From contig JBCCHT010000004.1 of NCBI GenBank assembly GCA_039028615.1, forward strand, positions 1 through 64,000: a stretch of 64,000 nt of DNA. The letters run 5' to 3'. Origin of the DNA: Myxococcota bacterium (GTDB taxonomy: Bacteria; Myxococcota_A; Polyangia; Nannocystales; Nannocystaceae). The position numbers and the translations under genes are program-made. Under the pieces are notes generated by a model. That model saw only the letters and a program-made list of their open reading frames with translations. It did not search any database and was not told where the DNA came from. The number at the start of each line of letters is the position of its first letter. The first letter of the stretch is position 1. This document shows, piece after piece, positions 49,401-59,788 of this stretch.

Positions 49401-49567
49401 ACCAGCAGCGGGAACGCGCGCTCCTCGAGGTCCGCCAGTGGATCCTCGGCGGGTGCGGTTTCTCCAGCGTCCCGATCGGCCGACGTGGAATGCGGGGTAC
49501 GGGCAGGTGCGTCGTTACACCCGACGACGAGCATCAACGGCACGATCAGGCGGCAGCGGCCGAGCAT
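46451..49567 (-). CDS. S41 carboxyl-terminal processing protease, long myxobacterial form
   Basis: LDPHT, PDZ GGIGA, VLDLRGNSGGLL, SASAAEIVSG, SFGKGTVQ; C-terminal Ig/CARDB-like domains. Confidence 0.92.
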   Translation of the reverse strand: MLGRCRLIVPLMLVVGCNDAPARTPHSTSADRDAGETAPAEDPLADLEERAFPLLVWSAYRVEQEYFDTARFDPRVQLLSATEFLGLHTPEFFAELDADGQELRVKVRSRTANFGLADVHTLRQAGDRLEEILVFTQEVLDLEAEPLHELEYAAINGLFAPLDPHTVLLSPDEHDDLGVRTRGHFGGIGAQIRAEDRRILIVRVLPGMPAELAGMKSGDVLLTIDGAATVNMPADEAQSLLRGPVGEVVVVTVRRGDETLTLEITRNTIHVDSVTKWMLPGGVAYLSISTFQENTGQQVDEALRELAGAEGGAKGVVLDLRGNSGGLLTQATAVVDTLVPNGELVIVRSAEGRDVEDAAETMSVGAEVPVVVLIDEDSASAAEIVSGGLKALGRGVVLGRSSFGKGTVQMVKPAAPYGRELALKLTVAEYLVAGDRNIQSLGVLPDVELLPVEMSSIPGIGRYFDEERFERQRERSRTAHLPSAKHDPPLPPDHVAGAKLHYLWTGEVPAELKEATDDVEVLDRLRDPEIRIAREVALGLSGTLDREQRNASLARVTEQLAAEEDGRIVEALAESKVDWKADEAALENTDLVARLERKGEGTVEAGEPFVVSLEIENRGSTPVPRVHGITDCVHDELDGIEVLVGEVAPGEKVVRDLELHVMPWHSDFTDVLAIDIHAGEPEDDPDARAELRFDVEGASRPALAYDWWIVDDPALVAKAPKRPPMAAIPGEAPFTVKGNGDGMLQAGERVLLAFVVRNEGPGTSPDVRGVLHNHSPRQGLLEEGAVVLGQLEAGDEASAAFGITVNEEADPRLPFEVELMVGDAQVRARAQDELLLRVLPTASALTESVETVRVEGEPLRVYNGAHASAPVVVELPVGTEVVTIGTLGPWRVIETPGEGRRAFVPGDLGVASPFGGKRAPKKPLEAVEHEPLVLPPGLTLESVPRVVKSDHVTLRGTATHPRKLRDLAVLVRPPGASQIERKIHYAANSKARGAEAQSLSFETEVPLELGGNKITILVRDGHKVELHQDVWVFREPAG

Positions 49568-49747
49568 GTGCGCCAAGCATAGCGGCCTCCCGGATCTCTC
49601 GCGGAACGCGCAAGCTCTGCCCCGACGATCTACTATTTGACTCATTGCGGCTCGCTTTTGCATCAATTTCGATCAAATGGCGCACGCAAGCCCATGATCT
49701 TCGTCGATCCTCGACGTGGCACGTGATTCGCTTACCGTTCGGGCTCA

Positions 49748-50254
49748 GTGACGCTGAGCCTTCGCATCATCCCGGTAGCGCTCCTGGCGGTCGTCGGTTC
49801 GGCCTGCGCCGACGCCCCGATCACCGCCGATCAGCTCGAGCGCGACGGTCAGCTGCGCTCCGCGACGCTCAAACAATCCGCATTCTCCGCACAGGAACGG
49901 GTAACGACCCAGCGGGCCGCTCAGATCTCCGCCGTCCTCGCGGCCGAGGCCAGCGGTCCGCTCGAGGACGCCAACCGCTTCCCGGCCACCGTCGGTGAGG
50001 TGAACCTCCACTTGCGGGCCGATGGCATCGAGGGCGAGCGCCCGGTGGTGTTCCGATGGACGCACCGTGGCAATGCCGCCAACGTGAGGGGAACGCTACA
50101 GCCGGGTGACACGATGGCCCACGCCATCAGCTTCCCGATCGACCCCGAGCGAACCGGCCCCTGGAAGGTCGAGATCCTCGGCGCGCCGACCACGGGAGAT
50201 GAACCCGTGGTGCTCTTCGAGCGCTCCTTCGAGATTTTCGTTCCGTCGCATTGA
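49748..50254 (+). CDS. Lipoprotein, possibly DUF2914-like Ig fold
   Basis: Lipobox GSAC; VFRWTH...GPWKVEI motif. Confidence 0.6.
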   Translation: MTLSLRIIPVALLAVVGSACADAPITADQLERDGQLRSATLKQSAFSAQERVTTQRAAQISAVLAAEASGPLEDANRFPATVGEVNLHLRADGIEGERPVVFRWTHRGNAANVRGTLQPGDTMAHAISFPIDPERTGPWKVEILGAPTTGDEPVVLFERSFEIFVPSH

Positions 50255-50383
50255 TGACCGCCTGGTCGTCGAACGCCCGTGGTGTGGGGCCGCGGGCGTT
50301 CCTTTTTGGTTACACCCCAACCTCGCCATGGAGCCCGGATCACCCTGGATCTCCGCCCAGGGGCCTCGTAACCTCGTCGCGGC

Positions 50384-50770
50384 ATGACCGAAGCCCAATC
50401 GTCCGGTGGTTTGAGCCCTGAAGTGATCGAGACTTTTGCCCGTGGCTTGTTCCACTTGGCGAACGTCGACGGCATCGACGAGAGTGAGGAGAAGCTCATT
50501 CGCGAGTTCCTCGACGAGACGGGCAGCGGCCTCAAGTACGAAGAGCTGAAGGACTCCTCGTTCTCGGCCACCGAGGCCGCCATGGCGCTCGAGACCTCGC
50601 ACATCCGTCGGGTCTTCGTCACCGCCGCCGTGGCCATGGTCAAGGCGGACGGCGTCTACAGCGACGCCGAGCGTCAGGCCATCGGCGAGCTCGCCGACGC
50701 CTTCGAGATGAGCAATGCCGAATTCGGGGCCCTGGAGCAACAGGCCGCCCAAGTCAACCTCGACGCGTAG
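50384..50770 (+). CDS. TerB-family protein
   Basis: LANVDGIDESEEKLI and MVKADGVYSDAERQAIGELADAF duplicated TerB-like motifs. Confidence 0.75.
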   Translation: MTEAQSSGGLSPEVIETFARGLFHLANVDGIDESEEKLIREFLDETGSGLKYEELKDSSFSATEAAMALETSHIRRVFVTAAVAMVKADGVYSDAERQAIGELADAFEMSNAEFGALEQQAAQVNLDA

Positions 50771-50838
50771 CCGTCGGAAATAGCCAAACCCGCGCTACGG
50801 TAGTCTGCCGCACCCCCAACGACGAGGAACCCCTGCCC

Positions 50839-52020
<1,182 letters not shown>

Positions 52021-52050
52021 GGTCGGGCTCGCGTCCGAAGCGAGCGAACC

Positions 52051-52091
52051 ACGGGCCACTCATCGCACGGCGAGGGTGGCCCGTTTGCTTT
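52051..52091 (+). terminator. Probable intrinsic terminator
   Basis: acgggccac...gtggcccgt followed by ttgcttt after the SPFH stop. Confidence 0.6.
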
Positions 52092-52104
52092 GGTGGCGGC
52101 CGGC

Positions 52105-53874
52105 TCAGCGCCTCTTGCCGCGCCGCTTCGGCTTACTCGTCGGCAGCGTCACCTCGATCACCCACGCCGTCAGGTCGTCCAAGAACTTCGGATCGACCGC
52201 ACGCCCCGGCTCCCGATAGCGCGCCGGGTTCGACTTGCCCGGCTCCGACTTGAACAGGTGATCGAGCTGCGGGTAGCGCTTCAGCGTGGCCGCCTTCCCC
52301 TTGCCGCGGGCCTGCGTCGCGGCCAGCAGCGCCCGAGCATCGACCGACGGATCGACCTCGAAGTCCTTGCCGCCTTGCGCCAGCCAGATGGGCCCATCGA
52401 TGCGCCCGAGCATCTTGGCCGGATCGAGCCGCAGCACCTCGCGGAGCCAGTCCTCGTGGTCCCGCAGCTCCGGCGGAATCTCGCCCGCCTCGAGCCCCTC
52501 GAGCATCTTGCGTTGTTGCTGCGCCGCCTTGTCCCGCAGCTCGGGCGGAACGTCGGCCAGCGCCGCCTGGCCCTGGTCGCGAAGCACCTGGAGATAGGGG
52601 CGACCCGGGGACGCCAGCAGAGCCAATGCTCGTACGCCTGCGCCCTGTTGCACCGCCAAGCTCAGCGCTCGCAGACCGCCCTCCCCGTGGGCCACCACCA
52701 CGATGCGATCCGGGTCGACCTCCGGCTGCACCACCAGGGTTCGATAGGCGCGCCGAAGGTCCTCGAGCTGCGCCGTGAAGCTCATCGGCCCCGCCTCGCT
52801 CTGCCCCTGGCCGCGATCGTCGAAGCGAAGCACCGCCACCCCGGCCTGCGCCAGCGCGTCGGTGATCTCGTGGCTCCCCAGATCGACCGGAGGCGGACCG
52901 GCGAACCCATGCCGATCCTCGCGCCCCGTGCCCGACACCCACAGCACGGCGGGCACTGGCGTCTTCGCTCGGTCCGGGATCAGCACCTCGCCGAACAACG
53001 CCGGCTCACCCGCGCGCCCCGGGAGTTCCACCGGACGGACCTCGAAGCCCCCATCGCCCGATTGCTCGTAGGTCAGCGTCGGCGGCCCTTCGATCGCCCA
53101 CTTCGGCCACTTCGCCACCCCGGCCATCGACTCCACGATCAGCCCCGACTCGCGGACCTCGCTGCGAAGCAGGCGTCCGTTCTCCAGCGTGATCGTCTCG
53201 CCGAGGTTCGTGCGGATCTTCGCCACTCCCCCCGTCTGTTTCGGGGCCCGCACCACCGTCGCCTCCCACTCCACCGGGGCGCCGCCCGACAGCGACACCA
53301 CCCGCCACTCCAGCGCCCCTTCTTCCAGGCGGCGCAGCCCCAGCATCAGCTCCTCGTGGAAGATCGCCGAGTGAGCCATGAAGGCCGTGTCGGTGCGCTC
53401 CGGCTCGTAGAGCAGCTCGTCGCGCTGCGTGCCGTCGGTGAGGTGCAGCAGGTCGTCCTTGCGCTCGAACCTCACCTCGACCGCGTCGCTGCGCTCGTGA
53501 CCCTCGACGAGGTGCCCCTGCTCGTCCAGCAACAGCATGCCCTCCGCCCGCGTCGGGGGACGGCCGGGGAGCAGAAGTTCAGTGCGCGTCTCGAAGCGAT
53601 GGCGGCGAGATTCCCCCTGTCCCTCCGGCCCGACATAGCGGCCCCACGTATGGCCGATGAGCGTGTCCCCTTGGCTCAGCGAAAAACGGCGGATCTCTCC
53701 CGGGGCGTAGAGGTCGCCGGGTGAGCGACCCTCCCAAAGCAAGGCCGTCGTCTTCGCGGGATCTCCGCTGTTCGACGCGTCCTCGGGGGAGATCGGCGGT
53801 GGCGGCTCGATGCAAGCGGGCGCCAGTATTGCCAAGCATGCGGCCAAATACTGGTGAATTCGGCGATCGGGCAC
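52105..53874 (-). CDS. Alpha/beta-hydrolase-fold lipoprotein, nucleophile Ser absent
   Basis: PAVLWVSGTG..DR.G, VLRFDDRGQGQS, VAHGEGG (expected GHSEGG), QGGKDFEV, LDHLF; lipobox APAC. Confidence 0.85.
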   Translation of the reverse strand: MPDRRIHQYLAACLAILAPACIEPPPPISPEDASNSGDPAKTTALLWEGRSPGDLYAPGEIRRFSLSQGDTLIGHTWGRYVGPEGQGESRRHRFETRTELLLPGRPPTRAEGMLLLDEQGHLVEGHERSDAVEVRFERKDDLLHLTDGTQRDELLYEPERTDTAFMAHSAIFHEELMLGLRRLEEGALEWRVVSLSGGAPVEWEATVVRAPKQTGGVAKIRTNLGETITLENGRLLRSEVRESGLIVESMAGVAKWPKWAIEGPPTLTYEQSGDGGFEVRPVELPGRAGEPALFGEVLIPDRAKTPVPAVLWVSGTGREDRHGFAGPPPVDLGSHEITDALAQAGVAVLRFDDRGQGQSEAGPMSFTAQLEDLRRAYRTLVVQPEVDPDRIVVVAHGEGGLRALSLAVQQGAGVRALALLASPGRPYLQVLRDQGQAALADVPPELRDKAAQQQRKMLEGLEAGEIPPELRDHEDWLREVLRLDPAKMLGRIDGPIWLAQGGKDFEVDPSVDARALLAATQARGKGKAATLKRYPQLDHLFKSEPGKSNPARYREPGRAVDPKFLDDLTAWVIEVTLPTSKPKRRGKRR

Positions 53875-53967
53875 GACGCGGAGGATACACGGCGCGGGCC
53901 TTCGTGGCCGGTGGCATGGGTCCGATTGAAGGGTGCGGATCGGTGGGAAAATCTCGAAGGTAGGGGG

Positions 53968-53995
53968 TTGTGTTGGCCGGGGAATCGTCTATAAC
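53968..53995 (+). promoter_or_regulatory. Sigma-70-like promoter of tRNA-Lys
   Basis: TTGTGT-N16-TATAAC, 12 nt upstream of the tRNA 5' end. Confidence 0.55.
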
Positions 53996-54007
53996 GGGCG
54001 CCCTCAC

Positions 54008-54080
54008 GGGCTCGTAGCTCAATTGGCAGAGCAGCGGACTCTTAATCCGCGGGTTGTAGGTTCGATTCCTACCGGGCTCA
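54008..54080 (+). tRNA. tRNA-Lys(CTT); CCA not encoded
   Basis: Acceptor gggctcg/cgggctc; D-arm gctc-aattggca-gagc; anticodon arm gcgga-ctCTTaa-tccgc; T-arm gtagg-ttcgatt-cctac; followed by ccc. Confidence 0.97.
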
Positions 54081-54083
54081 CCC

Positions 54084-54123
54084 TAGAAACCCCGTCTTCC
54101 TTCTCGGAAGTCGGGGTTTTCTA
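54084..54123 (+). terminator. Intrinsic terminator of tRNA-Lys
   Basis: tagaaaccccg.cttcc-ttctc-ggaag.cggggttttcta. Confidence 0.8.
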
Positions 54124-54242
54124 CGTCTGGGGGATCTCGCAACCCCGTGCCTGCGCGAGGCTCGGCGGCCCCGATGGCCGGGCACCTGGGAGAACATCGA
54201 CGAGCCGCTCCGACGCGAGGCACGAGCTCCAACGATCACGGC

Positions 54243-56954
54243 ATGGAACGCAGCTTTCTCAATCCCTCGACAGAGCCCGTCCGGTACGCCCGTGTCCTCG
54301 CTCCGAACGGGAATGGCGAGTTTGCGCTGAGCCTCGGCGACTGGCTCCAGCCGACCACCGAGACCTCGTTTCGCCACGACTCATACGAGGCTGCGGTCGA
54401 TGCTTACCGCGCCCAGGTGGCGCAGCTCGAGGCCGATGGCTTCATCGAGATCGCGCCCTGGCTACGGTACGAGCGCGGCGACGAAGCCCTCGAAGTCCTG
54501 CCCCCTCATGTCTTGCCGCAGGTCTGCACGCGGGTCGACGGGACCATCAAATGCACCGAGTGTGCGTCCTTTCCCGCGGCCATCAAGCGCTTCAACGCGC
54601 TCGTCGAGCAGCGCATCGCGGACGGCTTCGTGTTTCGTCTCCCACGGCACGACCTGCCCCCCGACGAACACTTCGAACGTGTCGACGAGCCCGACACGGA
54701 GGACCCGAGCCAGACCGCGATGCGGTTCTGGCGTTCGCGCAGCGACGCGGACATCCAACACGGGCCTCAGTACTGGTAGTCGAACGGCATCGTCGAGTGG
54801 TGTGCGTACCAGCTGAACTCCGCGAAGTTCGGCGCGCAGTACCTCGTCGAGGGCGACGTGCTGCGGAAGTTTCACCTGCATGACGCAGGCGACGAGCGAG
54901 GGTTGGCGTATCTGTTCTCGGGCCGGTCGTTGCTCTCCTTCGGGCCTCGGGAAAACGACGAGCGATCGGGCACTTGGTACAAGGTCGACGCAGAAAACGA
55001 GGTCACGACCGTCTACTCCAAGCCCGGCCAGATGCTGAGCGCGGAGTGGGTCCGCCACGACGGGACGCTCGAACAGATCAAGCGCTTCGATGAGACCTTC
55101 GGGTTCTGCACCGAGATGCTCGCGTACGACGGCCAGGGAATGCTGAAGCAACGCCGCATTCGGGCGGGAGACCAGTGGGACATCACCCTGTATCGAGCCG
55201 ACGGCGAGACGCCCCGGCTCCGCGGTACGCAGGATGAACGCGGGAACTATGCGGTGACCATGGAGTACGACGCGGATGGGAGCCCCCTCGTCAAAGATCC
55301 CGTCGCCTCGGTGCTGTCGTGCGTCGAATCGGGGAACTACGCGAGTGCCCCCGCCGAGGCAACCTATGGCCCGACGACCGCGGAGTCGGTCGATTTGGAA
55401 TCCTTGCTCGAAGACCACTTGGCGCGCTTGTTCTGCATCGCCAGCCACGATGCGAAGGCGCTGAGCGATGGGGGTTCACACAGCGACGGTGGCACCCAGC
55501 TCGAACTCGAGTGGAAGAACAACACCCTCGTCCAGGCGAGCGTCATCCGGCCCGATGGGACACGGGTGGCGACGGCCGTGGCACCGAGCGAAGACCGAGC
55601 CGCCGTGTCGGTGAAGGTGTTTCACGCCGACGGACTCACCGTCGCGCGTTCCGGGTGCTACGCCACAACCCCGGACTCGTTGCACCGCACCCGCTGGTGG
55701 TACGAGCACGACGAATCGAATGTGCTCGGTCGTATCCAGGGCTTCGATCGCAACGGACTGTTCGCCGACTACGACATCGGGCCTCTCGAGCGGCCAGCCA
55801 AGGAGCGTTCGCCCGATGTCCTGAGCGATGAAGCCGTGGCATTGGCGGAAGGGCCACCCCATCGCGAGGCCTTCCTGGAAATCTGCACACGCGTGGAGCA
55901 GCGGGCGGTCCTCGAGCCGGACCAGGCGACGGCACTGGTCACCCGATTGATCGGACCATTGCAGAGTTGGCCGAGCCGCATTCGAGCCGCCCCGCTCCTT
56001 TGGGTCAATCGGCTCATCCGCGGTGCACTTCCGCTCGAAGCGCTGCACCTGGTCCGCGCTCTGTCGCTGACGGCTGCAGTCGCGGCCGGCCATCGGCAGT
56101 CGGTCCACTATCCCTTGCTGCTGCGGTGGCTCGCCGACTATCCCGAAACCGGGCCGAGGCTCGAAGGCGTCTCGATGAGCTTCCGGCAGGATGTGGCGAC
56201 CTCGTTGCAAGCTGCGATGGCCGGACAACCCGAGGTCTTCCACCCCGCGGGCGACCTCGACTTCGACCAGACCTTCCACCTGGACCACGACGACCACGAC
56301 ACCTTCTTTGGCAGTGCGCTACTCCGAGACGTGCGGGTACTGGACCTGTCGTTCGAGCCGACGCGTTGCCACTTTGGCTACCAGTCGCAGGAGGTCCTCG
56401 ATGGCCGCGGGCTGTCACTCGTCGATGTGATGTCGCGCGTACATAGCTCGGACCTCGAGGTCCTCGACCTGTGGGGACAGTGCTCGACCGTCACCGGCCA
56501 AGTGCTTCGCATTCGCACCTCGAACAAGGAACGCGCCGCCGTCAAAGCAAAGCTCGCCAAGCTCCGAGCGCTCAACGTCGGCGGCGGACATCCCGTTGGT
56601 GACGATGGAGTCCGGGCCATCGCATCATTGTGCCCCTCGCTGGAGCGCCTCTCCCTCCGGCCGGGTGAAGCCGGCGCGGTGCTCAGTCTCGACTGGGCGG
56701 CCTACGACGAGGCCGAGCAGGCCTACCTGCTGAGCGACTGGCAAGTCGAAGAGTCCAGCGTCGAGAAGATGCGGATCTCCACCAAAGGTTGGCGGGCATT
56801 GGCGAGGGTCTCGACCCTGCGGTTCGTATCCATCGCCAATTGCCAGGGTGAAGCCAAGCAACCCGCGCGAGTGGAAGTCGACCAGCGCCCACGTAGCTTC
56901 GGGATCCAGTCGGGCCCTCGCGTCGCCCAGTGGGACGACGAATTCGAGGAATGA
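54243..56954 (+). pseudogene. WGR-like/MORN-variant/LRR-like protein interrupted by one in-frame TAG (54777-54779)
   Basis: ORFs 54147..54779 and 54858..56954 share a frame. The intervening DNA reads HGPQYW*SNGIVEWCAY...FGAQY...DVLRKF, a MORN-variant-like motif broken by the stop. Confidence 0.7.
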
Positions 56955-57021
56955 GCGCGGGGCGGGTTGTTCCACGCGTACGGAAGAGCCCGCCCGCCGC
57001 CTCCGCGAAGAGACGCGGGCG

Positions 57022-57735
57022 TTACGGCAGCAGCTCGAGCAGCGGTCGTAGGATCGGCGGAAGCCCGAAGAGCACCACGGTAAAGGCGACTGCACTCCGT
57101 AGCATGCTCGAGATCCACCCGGCCCCCGTCACGTCGCGCGCGGTCCAACCGAGCCACCAGTAGGGGATCACGACCATCGCGATCGACCACTCGGGCCAGA
57201 CCAGCAACACCGCCACTCCAAGCACCATCTGCAGCACGAACGTGTGGCCGTGTGCATACAAGACGAGCACCAAGTGTTCGATGTAGCGAAGGCGCTTGTC
57301 CCAGAACAGCAGGCTCATCACACCCGCCGTGATCGGCAGCGCCACGACGTTGACCAGCTTGCCCCACTCGACGGCGTCGCTGCTCTCCGACGCTTCCCGC
57401 AGTCCGAGCTGGATCTCCAACCAGGGCAACACCACGAAGGCCAGCGTCACGGCGACGAGCGCATACTTGAACGGGTTGATGTACACGATCCGCCGGCCGT
57501 CCAGAAACTCGCGGGTCACCCGACCCGGCCGCACGGTGAGCCCCCAGAGCGTGCGAAACACCCGAGAGTCGAGCTCGAGCAGGCCTTCGACCACATCCCC
57601 GACCATGGCTCTGATGCGCAGCCGGGGGTAGCGGTGTCCCTGACCGCACTCGTGGCAATACAGCCCGTGCAGCGTGGCGTCGCAGGCCAGGCACCGCTCG
57701 GGGGCCTGCGCCGTCTCGCTCTCGCCTCGCCTCAT
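57022..57735 (-). CDS. DUF3667-like membrane protein with N-terminal zinc ribbon
   Basis: CLAC...LHGLYCHECGQ, DSRVFRTL..L..RPG.VTREFLDGRR..YINPFK. Confidence 0.85.
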   Translation of the reverse strand: MRRGESETAQAPERCLACDATLHGLYCHECGQGHRYPRLRIRAMVGDVVEGLLELDSRVFRTLWGLTVRPGRVTREFLDGRRIVYINPFKYALVAVTLAFVVLPWLEIQLGLREASESSDAVEWGKLVNVVALPITAGVMSLLFWDKRLRYIEHLVLVLYAHGHTFVLQMVLGVAVLLVWPEWSIAMVVIPYWWLGWTARDVTGAGWISSMLRSAVAFTVVLFGLPPILRPLLELLP

Positions 57736-57840
57736 CGGCAAAGAGTCTAACAAAGCGCTCGGTCGCCCTCGGACACCGATGTGTGGTCATCGGCGGGCCC
57801 GCCACCGACAAGGGCTCGGGTGCACGCTATGGTCGCTCGC

Positions 57841-58395
57841 ATGAGCGGCTCCTCGCACACCGCCCCCGAAAATCCCGACGACGCCGACGGCGAGTCGGTC
57901 TCCGAGGGGAAGACGCGGCTGAGCTATCGGGAGCGTCAGCAAGAGTCCGAGATGCTGGGCGGCTTGGCTCGCGCCCTCGTCGACATGCGCCCCTCCCAGC
58001 TCGCCGAAGTCCCCCTCGATCCCGAAGTCGTCGAGGCGGTGGTGGCCTGCCGCGACTATCGGAAGTCGTCGCGGGTCCGGGGGCTACGGCGCATCAGCCA
58101 GCTCCTGCGCCAGCTCGACGTCGACGAGGTCAGTCGTGCCATCGCCGATGCCGGCCACAAGCAGCGCGGTCGGGCCCAGCGTGAACGTGGATACGAGCGT
58201 TGGCGCGAGCGTCTGCTGACCGAGGGGGACCCCGCGCTGACCGAGTTCATGGACGCCAACCCGCACGCGGATGTGCAGCGCATGCGACAGTTTCTACGGC
58301 AGGCGCGTCGCGCACCCGAGAGTGGCAAGGGCAAGCAGGCCTCACGCAACGTGCTTCGGCTCGTCCGGGATGCACTCGAGAACCAACCGGAATAG
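57841..58395 (+). CDS. darP: Ribosome biogenesis factor DarP (YjgA/DUF615)
   Basis: SYRERQQE...L.RALVDM, VPLD, RGLRRISQLLR, ERWRERLLTEGDPALTEF...P.ADVQRMRQ. Confidence 0.8.
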   Translation: MSGSSHTAPENPDDADGESVSEGKTRLSYRERQQESEMLGGLARALVDMRPSQLAEVPLDPEVVEAVVACRDYRKSSRVRGLRRISQLLRQLDVDEVSRAIADAGHKQRGRAQRERGYERWRERLLTEGDPALTEFMDANPHADVQRMRQFLRQARRAPESGKGKQASRNVLRLVRDALENQPE

Positions 58396-58493
58396 CGATG
58401 ATGCTCAGCATCGTCCGCAGTCGCCTCCCCGGACGTGTAAAACTTCCTGGAGAAACGGCGACGTTTCCATATTTACGAAGGTCCGCACAGACG

Positions 58494-58829
58494 ATGCCCC
58501 CATTCGAGTACCAAGCCACCGATGCGTTTCTCATCGTCCAACGAGGGATCTGCTTCCGAGGAATCGTCACCAGCGGCCAAGTGTCGGTCGGGTCTCGCGT
58601 GACGTTCGTACGCCAGGGACTGGCTATCACCGGTGAAGTGTTGGCCATCGAGCACGAAGAGCAGTTGGTCCCCGAGACGATTCCCGGCACAGAGATAGGC
58701 TTGCTGGTCTCGGGCCTCACGGACCCCGACCTGATGCAGCTCGTGAGCCCCACGATCGAGATGCTCAACGGCCCCCAGCCCCCGCTCGAGATCCCGATGC
58801 CTCAGGTCGTTCGAGAGCCGGACTCTTGA
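58494..58829 (+). CDS. Stand-alone EF-Tu domain II-like beta-barrel protein
   Basis: F....DAFLI..RG..FRG.VTSGQVSVGSRV...V.AIE......PGTEIGLLVSG matches the EF-Tu domain II pattern. Confidence 0.65.
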   Translation: MPPFEYQATDAFLIVQRGICFRGIVTSGQVSVGSRVTFVRQGLAITGEVLAIEHEEQLVPETIPGTEIGLLVSGLTDPDLMQLVSPTIEMLNGPQPPLEIPMPQVVREPDS

Positions 58830-59003
58830 ACTCCGCGGGTGCACTCGCGCGACGGCGCCCGACCATCGACCACGATCTTCATTGGGCCGCGTGCGTCTTT
58901 TCTTCGTCCGGTCGCGCCACGCCTTCCCCGCGTGCGAAATCGGTCGACCGAAAACCGACGACCCGCCCGACGCCGGTCAGCCGTGGAGAACCTGCGGCAA
59001 GGC

Positions 59004-59726
59004 CTACTCGCGTCCAGCTCGTGCGGATCGAGCGTAGAGCAGGTCCAGCAACAGCCACAGCGCAGGCTGGACGAAGACCGCCACCCAGCTCACTTTTTCC
59101 AGCGCCAGGTTCCGCGGCAGCCCCAGGAGGTTCATCGGGAAGCACACGAATACCGACGTAAACGTCAAAAAGGACACGCCGTCGACGGCGATCTTCGACC
59201 GTACGATTCGATGGGTGGGCGTGGTCGCGGAACTCCGCAGGAGCCGGAGTCCATGGAGCCCCGCGCCCAAGCCACCGATGCCGCCGATGAGGTACAGGCC
59301 CGGCACGTCGAACTGCTCGAGCGTCAGGTGCCCCCATGCGCCCGCCGTCAGGGCCCATAGCGTGTGATGGATTCCGATCACGGTGTGAAAGGCCCCCACG
59401 ATCCGAGCATAACGACTGACTTGGGGGCCCGCGGGTGACGACAGCGCTCCTCGACGGCGAGTCACGAGGACTCCGGCTGCGGTCGAAGCAGTTCCCAAGA
59501 ACCCGTAGACGATGAGGTATGCGATCGACCAGGCCGGCGCCATGGGCTCGACGCGGCGGGGATACTGCGCTCCCACGACCCCGAACATCTCCTCCCAGCC
59601 GGGCACGAAGTCGAGCCCCACTGTCTTCCAGATGATGGTCGTGAACGCAAGGGTCGCGCAGGTGTAGGCCAAAGGCGCCTCCGCCCAGGGAGCGAACAAT
59701 CGTAGGTGGGATTGCGACTCGGCCAT
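59004..59726 (-). CDS. Hypothetical multi-pass membrane protein
   Basis: About six hydrophobic segments. Confidence 0.65.
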   Translation of the reverse strand: MAESQSHLRLFAPWAEAPLAYTCATLAFTTIIWKTVGLDFVPGWEEMFGVVGAQYPRRVEPMAPAWSIAYLIVYGFLGTASTAAGVLVTRRRGALSSPAGPQVSRYARIVGAFHTVIGIHHTLWALTAGAWGHLTLEQFDVPGLYLIGGIGGLGAGLHGLRLLRSSATTPTHRIVRSKIAVDGVSFLTFTSVFVCFPMNLLGLPRNLALEKVSWVAVFVQPALWLLLDLLYARSARAGRE

Positions 59727-59788
59727 GGACGCGACGGTAGCAGACCAGAGGCCTGGGACGGCCCGTCGTAGGCGACTACGATGCCGCC

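Noticed and set aside
46970..49582. 870-aa plus-strand ORF
   Set aside because: Antisense shadow of the S41 protease
54777..54779. Pyrrolysine recoding of the in-frame TAG
   Set aside because: No pyl genes or tRNA-Pyl in the window and TAG is used as an ordinary stop by many genes here; a nonsense mutation or error is simpler
53933..54883. 316-aa ORF spanning the tRNA
   Set aside because: Overlaps the tRNA, its terminator and another CDS; Arg-rich spurious composition
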